NCBI GenBank assembly: GCA_964430565.1
Contig: CAYSFD010000051.1
Location: 29,989 to 93,988, forward strand
Length of the DNA: 64,000 bases
Reading direction: 5' to 3'
Source: an uncultured Enterobacteriaceae bacterium
Lineage (GTDB): Bacteria > Pseudomonadota > Gammaproteobacteria > Burkholderiales > SG8-39
A program made the translations under genes and the position numbers. Below are positions 57,164 through 64,000 of the stretch, in pieces. Positions within the stretch are counted from its first letter, which is position 1; every line of letters starts with the position of its first letter. Under the pieces are notes generated by a model, which made no database searches, was not told the origin of the DNA, and saw only the letters and a list, made by a program, of their open reading frames with translations.

Positions 57164-58281
57164 GATCACTGCTGGCCTTGCTGTTAGCGCTCGCCGCGCC
57201 GATTGCGCTCGCGCACAAGCCTAGCGACAGCTACCTCGCTATCCGTGTCGAGGGCGCAACTGTGAGCGGGCAGTGGGACATCGCGCTGCGCGACCTCGAA
57301 TTCGCGATCGGCCTGGACGACAGCGGCGACGGCGACGTTACCTGGGGCGAAGTCAAGGCGCACCACGCCGACATTGCCGCCTACGCGCTGGCGAGATTGA
57401 AGTTGCGCTCAGGTGGCGCCGATTGCAACGCGCGACCGACCGGGTTTCTCGTCGACGACCACAGCGACGGCGCTTATTCGGTGATGCGCTTCGCCGCAAG
57501 CTGTCCGACCGAAGTCACGACGCTCGAGATCGGCTACAGTCTCTTCGCCGACCTTGATCCGCAGCACAAGGGGCTGCTGCGCCTCGAGCACGGCCCGGCG
57601 ACGCGCACCGCGATCTTCAGCCCCGAGCGGGCGACGCAATCCTTCGAGCTCGCGAAAATCTCGGCGCTCACACAGTTCTTCGATTACGGACGGGAGGGTG
57701 TGTGGCATATCTGGATCGGTTTCGACCACATCCTCTTCTTGCTCTCACTCCTCCTTCCCGCCGTGCTCGCGCTTGAAGGAGGGCGCTGGCAGCCGGTCGC
57801 GCGTTTCCCCCCGGCGTTCTGGGAGGCATTCAAGATTGTCACCTCGTTTACCGTTGCACACTCGATCACGCTCAGCCTCGCAGCGCTGGGCGTGATCTCG
57901 CTGCCCTCGCGGCTGGTCGAATCGGCGATCGCGATCTCGGTCGTGCTCGCCGCGCTGAACAACGTTTTTCCCGTCGTGCTCGGACGCCGCTGGATGGTCG
58001 CTTTTGCCTTTGGTCTGATTCACGGCTTCGGCTTCGCGAGCGTCCTGAAAGACCTCGGCCTGCCGCAGGGCGCGCTGCTCGTGGCGCTCGTCGGATTCAA
58101 TCTCGGCGTGGAGGTCGGCCAGCTCGCGATCGTGAGCGCGTTCTTGCCCGCCACGTACTGGTTGCGGGCGACCTGGTTCTACCGGCGCCTAGTCTTCGTG
58201 GCCGGTTCTTTGGCGATCGTTGCGATCGCGGGAATCTGGCTCGTCGAGCGCGCCTTCAATCTAAAGATCATCAGCGCTTGA
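57160..58281 (+). CDS. HupE/UreJ-family protein with N-terminal periplasmic domain
   Basis: AHKPSDSYL; GVWHIWIGFDHILFL, FTVAHSITL, FGLIHGFGFA, FNLGVEVGQ. Confidence 0.92.
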   Translation: MRSLLALLLALAAPIALAHKPSDSYLAIRVEGATVSGQWDIALRDLEFAIGLDDSGDGDVTWGEVKAHHADIAAYALARLKLRSGGADCNARPTGFLVDDHSDGAYSVMRFAASCPTEVTTLEIGYSLFADLDPQHKGLLRLEHGPATRTAIFSPERATQSFELAKISALTQFFDYGREGVWHIWIGFDHILFLLSLLLPAVLALEGGRWQPVARFPPAFWEAFKIVTSFTVAHSITLSLAALGVISLPSRLVESAIAISVVLAALNNVFPVVLGRRWMVAFAFGLIHGFGFASVLKDLGLPQGALLVALVGFNLGVEVGQLAIVSAFLPATYWLRATWFYRRLVFVAGSLAIVAIAGIWLVERAFNLKIISA

Positions 58282-58326
58282 TGAACCGGCTGGGCGCCCC
58301 AATATCGTCGACACGGAGAGTTCGCA

Positions 58327-59025
58327 ATGATTGAAATCCGAAAAAGCAAGGACCGCGGTTACGCCGACCACGGCTGGCTGCGCTCCTACCATACCTTCTC
58401 GTTCGCCGGCTATCACGATCCCGAGCACATGGGCTTTGGCCATCTCAGGGTGATCAACGAGGACCGCATCCAGCCGGGCACGGGCTTCGGCACGCACGGC
58501 CACCGCGACATGGAGATCATCAGCTACGTGCTCGAGGGGGCGCTCGCGCACAAGGACAGCATGGGCAACGGCTCGGCCATCGTGCCGGGCGACGTTCAGA
58601 GGATGAGCGCGGGGATGGGCGTGCGGCACAGCGAGTTCAACCACGCCCAAGACGGCGTCACGCACTTTCTTCAGATCTGGATCGAGCCTAACGTCACCGG
58701 CATCCCTCCAAGCTACGAGCAGAAACACTTTGACGCAGCGTCCAAACAGGGCAGGCTGCGGCTGGTCGCCTCGCCCGACGGCCGCGAGGGCTCGGTGAAG
58801 ATTCACCAGGACGCCTTTCTCTACGCGGCGCTACTCGACGGGGCGGACCGAGCGGCCCACAAGCTGCAATCGGGCCGGCGCGCCTACGTGCACGTGGCGC
58901 GCGGCAAGCTCACAGTCGGCGGCCAGCCGCTCGAGGCGGGCGATGCGCTCAAGGCCTTCAGCACCGTTGAGATCGTGCTCGAGAAAGGCGAAGAGGCCGA
59001 AGTCCTGTTGTTCGATCTCGCATGA
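58327..59025 (+). CDS. Pirin family protein (YhhW-like)
   Basis: HGWLRSYHTFSFA, GFGTHGHRDMEI, GDVQRMSAG, HSEFN, FLQIWI. Confidence 0.95.
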   Translation: MIEIRKSKDRGYADHGWLRSYHTFSFAGYHDPEHMGFGHLRVINEDRIQPGTGFGTHGHRDMEIISYVLEGALAHKDSMGNGSAIVPGDVQRMSAGMGVRHSEFNHAQDGVTHFLQIWIEPNVTGIPPSYEQKHFDAASKQGRLRLVASPDGREGSVKIHQDAFLYAALLDGADRAAHKLQSGRRAYVHVARGKLTVGGQPLEAGDALKAFSTVEIVLEKGEEAEVLLFDLA

Positions 59026-59828
59026 GCGTCACTGCAACACGCAACGATTCCAGAATGCCTGTCGTATTCTTCGGGCACGGTAGCCCGATGAACGCGCTCG
59101 AGCGCAACAGCTACACGGAGGCCTGGCGAAAGCTCGGCGAAGCGATCACTACACCCAAAGCGATCCTGTGCGTCTCCGCGCACTGGACCACGCGGGGCAC
59201 CGCGGTGACGGCGATGGCAGATCCCAAAACTATCCACGACTTCTACGGTTTTCCGCAGGCGCTGTTCGACGTTCGGTACCCGGCCCTGGGCGATCCGCGG
59301 CTTGCCTCGCGCGTGCGCGAGCTGCTTGCGCCGCTCGAGGTGCACCCTGACCATTCGTGGGGACTGGACCACGGAACCTGGTCGGTGCTGAAGCACGCGT
59401 TTCCCGATGCGGACATCCCTGTAGTCCAGCTCAGCATCGACGGCACGCAGCCGCCGCAGTTCCACTACGACACCGGCAAGCGGCTCGCGCCGCTGCGCGA
59501 CGAAGGCGTGCTCGTGGTGGGCAGCGGGAATGTCGTGCACAACCTTGGGCTGATGAAGCGCAGTGGCGGGCCGCCGTTCGACTGGTCAGTGCGCTTCAAC
59601 GAGAAGATACGCGAGGCGCTCACATCTCGCGACCACGCCACGCTGGTCGATTTCAAGCGCCTGGGCGAGGACGCGAAGCTGTCGGTCCCTACGCCTGAAC
59701 ATTACCTGCCGCTGCTCTATGTCGCCGCCCTGCAAGGCAAGGACGAAACGATGTCATTCGCCGTGGACGGCTACGATCTGGGCTCGGTGAGCATGCTCAC
59801 CGCGGTCGCGGGGATGCGAGCGAGCTAG
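59022..59828 (+). CDS. ygiD: 4,5-DOPA dioxygenase extradiol (YgiD/LigB family)
   Basis: FFGHGSPMNAL, SAHW, TIHDFYGFP, WGLDHGTWSVL, GSGNVVHNL, PTPEHYLPLLY. Confidence 0.92.
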   Translation: MSVTATRNDSRMPVVFFGHGSPMNALERNSYTEAWRKLGEAITTPKAILCVSAHWTTRGTAVTAMADPKTIHDFYGFPQALFDVRYPALGDPRLASRVRELLAPLEVHPDHSWGLDHGTWSVLKHAFPDADIPVVQLSIDGTQPPQFHYDTGKRLAPLRDEGVLVVGSGNVVHNLGLMKRSGGPPFDWSVRFNEKIREALTSRDHATLVDFKRLGEDAKLSVPTPEHYLPLLYVAALQGKDETMSFAVDGYDLGSVSMLTAVAGMRAS

Positions 59829-59908
59829 CAAGTCGTTTGCACGTCAGTTTCGCGCGCCGCGCCGCCCGCGCATAATGCGGCGAGCCCCTTTTCTTCCGGA
59901 TCCTCGCC

Positions 59909-61702
59909 ATGCACCTGCTCGAACAGGCAGCCGTATTTCTTCTCACCGCGGTATTGCTCGTGCCCTTGTTCCGGCGCTTGAAGCTGGGCGCCGTGCTCGG
60001 CTATCTCGGCGCTGGCATGCTGATCGGTCCCTGGGGCCTCGGCATGATCGGCGAAGTGCAGGCCACCCTGCAGTTCGCCGAGTTCGGCGTGGTGCTGCTC
60101 CTTTTTCTCGTGGGCCTCGAGCTGCAGCCGAGCCGCCTCTGGGTGCTGCGCCGGCCGGTATTCGGTCTGGGCGGCGCGCAAGTGCTCGCAACCGGCGCGG
60201 CGCTTTTTGCACTGGCGCTTGCGTTAGGCCTGGCGTGGCAGGCGGCGCTCGTCGCCGGTTTCGGGCTTGCGATGTCTTCGACCGCCCTCGTGCTCGCCTC
60301 GCTCGCAGAACGCAAGCAGCTCGCTACGCGCCACGGTCGCGAGGCGTTCGCGGTGCTGCTCTTCCAGGACCTCACGGTAATCCCATTGCTTGCGCTCTTG
60401 CCGCTGCTCGGGGACACGGGGGCGCGCACAGCGGGCGGCTGGCTGCCGGCGCTGAAGGGACTTGCGGCGATCGTCGTAGTCATTGTCGCGAGTCGCATCG
60501 TAGTGCGTCCAATACTCAAGGCGGTGGCAAGCTACGGCGGACGCGAAGTGTTCACCGCTGCGGCGCTGCTGCTCGTCGTAGGCGCGGCGCTTTTCATGGA
60601 GAAAATCGGCTTGTCCGCATCGCTCGGTGCGTTCCTTGCCGGCGTGCTGCTCGCCGATTCCGAATTCCGCCATGAGCTGGAAGCCGACATCGAGCCTTTC
60701 AAGGGCCTACTCCTCGGACTTTTCTTCATCGCAGTGGGAATGAGCGCCAATCTTGCGCTCGTCCTGGAGCGCCCGCTTACCGTGCTCGGGCTCGCCGCAG
60801 GCCTGATGATCACGAAGACCGCCTTGATGTATGGAATCGCGAGAATCGGCGGCGCGACAAACGGCACGGCGCAGCGCCTGGCAGTCGCGGTTTCGCAAGG
60901 CGGCGAGTTTGCCTTCGTCCTCTTCGCCGCAGCGGGCGCGCTCGGCGTTTTTGAAACAGGAACCGCGCAGCTGCTCGTCGTGGTCGTGACTGTCTCGATG
61001 CTGCTCTCACCGTTAACATTCGAGCTGCACGAGCGCATCCTCACGCGTTGGCTGGACCGGCACGCCGCGCCCGAGTTCGACTCTATCGCGGGGCCCGGTA
61101 ATCCGGTCATCATCGCAGGCTACGGACGCGTTGGGCAGATCGTCTCGCGCGTGCTGCGCATGTGCGGCGTGCCGTTCACAGCGATCGAGGCAAGCTACCA
61201 GCAGGTGGATTTCGTACGACGCTTCGGCAGCAAAGTCTATTACGGCGACGCTTCGCGGCTTGAGCTGCTTGAGGCGGCGAAAGCGGGCGAGGCGAAGCTT
61301 TTCGTGCTGGCGATCGACGACGTCGAGGCGTCGGTCAAAACCGCTGCGGTCGTGCGGCGGCATTTCCCGCATGTTCCGATTCTCGCTCGGGCGCGCAACC
61401 GCGTGCACTTGTTCCGCCTGCGCGACCTCGGCGTGAAGCTCATCTGGCGTGAGACTTTCCCCACGAGCCTCGACATGGTGCGGCACGCGCTGCACTCACT
61501 CGGTTTCGGCATCGCGGCCTCAGAGCGCGCGGTGACGCTGTTCAAGCAACACGACGAGCAGCAGCTCGAAGCGCAGTACGCGGTGCAACACGACGAGGCG
61601 CAAATCATCCAGACTTCTAAGGAAGCCGCCGAGCAACTGCAGGAGCTGTTCGAAGCGGACGGTCTCCAGCCGCTCCCGCAGCTTCCGCGCGCCGGCGCTT
61701 GA
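59909..61702 (+). CDS. kefC: Glutathione-regulated K+ efflux antiporter (KefB/KefC family)
   Basis: CPA2 domain (LELQPSRLW, LLFQD, SEFRHELEADIEPFKGLLLGLFF) plus KTN domain GYGRVGQ. Confidence 0.88.
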   Translation: MHLLEQAAVFLLTAVLLVPLFRRLKLGAVLGYLGAGMLIGPWGLGMIGEVQATLQFAEFGVVLLLFLVGLELQPSRLWVLRRPVFGLGGAQVLATGAALFALALALGLAWQAALVAGFGLAMSSTALVLASLAERKQLATRHGREAFAVLLFQDLTVIPLLALLPLLGDTGARTAGGWLPALKGLAAIVVVIVASRIVVRPILKAVASYGGREVFTAAALLLVVGAALFMEKIGLSASLGAFLAGVLLADSEFRHELEADIEPFKGLLLGLFFIAVGMSANLALVLERPLTVLGLAAGLMITKTALMYGIARIGGATNGTAQRLAVAVSQGGEFAFVLFAAAGALGVFETGTAQLLVVVVTVSMLLSPLTFELHERILTRWLDRHAAPEFDSIAGPGNPVIIAGYGRVGQIVSRVLRMCGVPFTAIEASYQQVDFVRRFGSKVYYGDASRLELLEAAKAGEAKLFVLAIDDVEASVKTAAVVRRHFPHVPILARARNRVHLFRLRDLGVKLIWRETFPTSLDMVRHALHSLGFGIAASERAVTLFKQHDEQQLEAQYAVQHDEAQIIQTSKEAAEQLQELFEADGLQPLPQLPRAGA

Positions 61703-61832
61703 TCGAGCGAACCGACGCAGTGTGCCGGACCTCCCCACGGAGACACGGATGTGCTCGCGGTCCTCATTCGCCATCGCGTTGCAGCATCGCCAAAGCGGCG
61801 GTGCCGCGAGGCCGAGACGATAGAATAGCGGC

Positions 61833-62459
61833 GTGAAGAAGATCGTCATCCTGATCTCCGGGCGCGGCAGCAACATGGAGGCGATCGTGCGCGCGGGGCT
61901 CCCTGCGAAAGTCGCCGCAGTGATCAGCAACCGCGCCGACGCGACAGGCCTGAAATTCGCCGTCCAGTCGGGCGTTCCTGCTCAAGTCGTCGATGACCGC
62001 GAGTTTTCCTCGCGCGAGGCCTTTGACGCCGCGCTCGCCAAGGCGATCGACGCGCATTCGCCCGACCTCGTTGCGCTCGCCGGCTTCATGCGCATCCTCG
62101 GCGGGGATTTTGTGCGGCGCTATTCGGGTCGTCTGGTCAACATCCATCCGTCGCTGCTGCCTGCGTTCCCCGGGTTGCATACCCACCGGCGCGCAATCGA
62201 GGAAGGCGTGAAGCTGCACGGCTGCACGGTGCACTTCGTCACGCCGCAGGTGGATCACGGCCCGATCATCGTCCAGGCAGCGGTGCCCGTGCGCACCGGG
62301 GATACCGAAGAGTCGCTCGCTGCGCGCGTACTGCGCCAGGAGCACCGGGTCTATCCGCTCGCGGCGCGTTGGTTCCTCGAGAGCCGCCTAGTCGTCGAGA
62401 ACGGCGTGGTACGCGTTAACGGACCGGACGCTGCCCAAGCCCTGCTCGCCGAAGAATGA
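61833..62459 (+). CDS. purN: Phosphoribosylglycinamide formyltransferase
   Basis: ILISGRGSNM, LAGFMRIL, NIHPSLLP, GCTVHFV, DHGPII. Confidence 0.97.
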   Translation: MKKIVILISGRGSNMEAIVRAGLPAKVAAVISNRADATGLKFAVQSGVPAQVVDDREFSSREAFDAALAKAIDAHSPDLVALAGFMRILGGDFVRRYSGRLVNIHPSLLPAFPGLHTHRRAIEEGVKLHGCTVHFVTPQVDHGPIIVQAAVPVRTGDTEESLAARVLRQEHRVYPLAARWFLESRLVVENGVVRVNGPDAAQALLAEE

Positions 62460-63157
62460 TCTGCAGCCCCGTATCGTTGTGCCGCGCGGGCCTCGCAGCG
62501 CTCGCGCTGGGAGCCGCAGCGGCGCAGGCCTCGCCGCCCGAGCGCGTCACCCTCCACTATCAGATGATCCGCAACGGCTCGGTCCTGGGGGATGCCGTGG
62601 AGACTCTCGAACACGACGGCCGCACCTACACGATCACCTCCGAGCTGAAGGGGAGGGGAATCCTGGCGATGTTCGGGGCATTGAAGCGCACCAGCCGCGG
62701 CCGCATCACGCCGCAGGGGCTCCGGCCCGACGAATTCCGCGACCAGCGAGGCAGCAGTTGGGCGGTGTCGGCGAAGTTCAACTGGGAAACGCGCTCGGTG
62801 ACGCAGGAGCGCAAGGGGAGATCAGAGACGCTTAAGATGCCGGCGACGGCGCAGGACCCCTTGAGCCTCGCCTACAGCTTCGCTTTCACGCCGCCCAAGA
62901 GCAAGGAATACGAGGTGACGCGAGCCGACGGCAGGGGGCTCACGCCGTTCCGCTTCATCGTCGTCGGCAACGAAAAGCTCGCCACTCCCGCGGGCGAGAT
63001 CCTGACGCTGCGCGTCGCGAAAGTGCCCGACGGTCCCGAGGACAAGGCGACCGATATCTGGTTCGCCGTCGATCGTGATTTTCTGCCGGTGCGCATGCTG
63101 ATCGTGGATAAAGACGGCACACGCGCCGACCAGGTCGTCACGCGCATCGGCAATTGA
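62456..63157 (+). CDS. DUF3108-family secreted protein
   Basis: Signal peptide; ITPQGLRPDEF, AQDPLSLAY, LATPAGEI, IWFAVDRDFLPVRM; purN-DUF3108-rsmB-like order. Confidence 0.82.
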   Translation: MICSPVSLCRAGLAALALGAAAAQASPPERVTLHYQMIRNGSVLGDAVETLEHDGRTYTITSELKGRGILAMFGALKRTSRGRITPQGLRPDEFRDQRGSSWAVSAKFNWETRSVTQERKGRSETLKMPATAQDPLSLAYSFAFTPPKSKEYEVTRADGRGLTPFRFIVVGNEKLATPAGEILTLRVAKVPDGPEDKATDIWFAVDRDFLPVRMLIVDKDGTRADQVVTRIGN

Positions 63158-64000
63158 TGCGCTTCTCTCGCCCGCTGCTCGACGCGTGCACGGCGGCCTT
63201 TGCGGCCGTGCTTCCGCTCGAACAACCCGCTGATGCCTTGCTTTCGGGGTTTTTCCGCAGCCACCCGAAAATCGGCCAGCGCGACCGCGCGACGATCGCC
63301 GATTCTGTGTACGCGGCGCTGCGGCGCCGCCGGCTGCTCGAGCGTGTCGCGGCGACCACAAACCCGCGGCGGCTCGCGCTCGCAACCTGGACGGCGCTGC
63401 TCGGCGCGAACCTGCGCGAGATTGATCCCTGGCTGCGCGGCGACGAGGCCGAATGGCTCGCCGTAGTGAAACGCGAGGCGCACGCGCCGCAGCCTCTCGA
63501 AATTGAATGCGAACTTCCAGACTGGGTGATCGAGCGGCTGCGCGCGCGCTTCGACGAACGGTCGCTGCTCGAGCTCGCGACAGGTCTTCTGCAGATCGCG
63601 CCGCTCGATCTGCGCGTCAACCCGATAAAAATCTCGCGCGAGGCGGCACTCGAACGCCTCGCCGCAGACGGGCTTCACGCCGCGGCAACGCCGTACTCGC
63701 CCGAAGGCATCCGGCTTGAGGGCAAGCCCCAGATCAACAGGCATCCTTTGTTCCTGGAAGGCGGCGTCGAGATCCAGGATGAGGGGAGCCAATTGCTTTG
63801 CCATCTGGTTGCGCCGAAGCGCGGCGAAATGGTTGTGGATTTCTGCGCGGGCGCCGGAGGTAAGACTCTTGCGCTCGGCGCGCTGATGCGCTCGACTGGG
63901 CGCCTGTACGCGTTCGACATCTCCCCGAAGCGGCTCGCGGGCTTGAAGCCGCGCCTTGCGCGCTCGGGGCTCTCGAACGTGCACCCGCAGAGGATCGAAG
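63157..64000 (+). CDS. RsmB/NOP-family RNA m5C methyltransferase (partial, runs off window)
   Basis: My translation from ATG 63157: MRFSRPLL...FFRSHPKIGQRDR...DLRVN...EIQDEGSQL...VDFCAGAGGKTLAL; no stop, so absent from the ORF track. Confidence 0.9.
   Translation, partial: MRFSRPLLDACTAAFAAVLPLEQPADALLSGFFRSHPKIGQRDRATIADSVYAALRRRRLLERVAATTNPRRLALATWTALLGANLREIDPWLRGDEAEWLAVVKREAHAPQPLEIECELPDWVIERLRARFDERSLLELATGLLQIAPLDLRVNPIKISREAALERLAADGLHAAATPYSPEGIRLEGKPQINRHPLFLEGGVEIQDEGSQLLCHLVAPKRGEMVVDFCAGAGGKTLALGALMRSTGRLYAFDISPKRLAGLKPRLARSGLSNVHPQRIE

Noticed and set aside
61703-61832. Possible ZMP/ZTP (pfl) riboswitch upstream of purN
   Set aside because: I could not find the conserved aptamer motifs, and the -10 box lies 6 nt from the start codon, leaving no leader

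Overview
GC-rich betaproteobacterial-type chromosomal window (glyA-nrdR-ribD, mrcB, ribE, hrpA, phasin, purN, several Bug/TctC-family solute-binding genes). About 60 CDSs are supported: an MdtBC-type RND efflux system, core metabolic genes, a GcvA-like LysR divergent from two small genes, a YciI / beta-propeller / ubiquitin-like cluster, orphan periplasmic binding proteins with hydrolases and dioxygenases, a RelE/XRE toxin-antitoxin pair, a PBP1b-LpoP-like pair, an ech-fcs pair and a His-rich DMT / TPR / HupE-UreJ cluster. I found no rRNA, tRNA, CRISPR array, integrase or transposase. The most notable non-obvious structures are: (1) two 3'-UTR elements with the same layout, a GC-rich hairpin with a (UCC)n anti-Shine-Dalgarno loop followed by an intrinsic terminator (11140-11251 on +, 51387-51454 on -), which are candidate sRNAs; (2) a beta-propeller lipoprotein gene bracketed by an exact 64-bp duplication of the 3' end of a bug gene; (3) five genes whose -10 hexamer lies 6-8 nt before the start codon with no SD, suggesting leaderless mRNAs; (4) dRS3-consensus palindromes; (5) a lower-GC two-gene cassette flanked by ~30-bp degenerate palindromic motifs; (6) gene remnants and small ORFs missing from the ORF track. 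Family assignments come from motif recognition only; no database searches were run.
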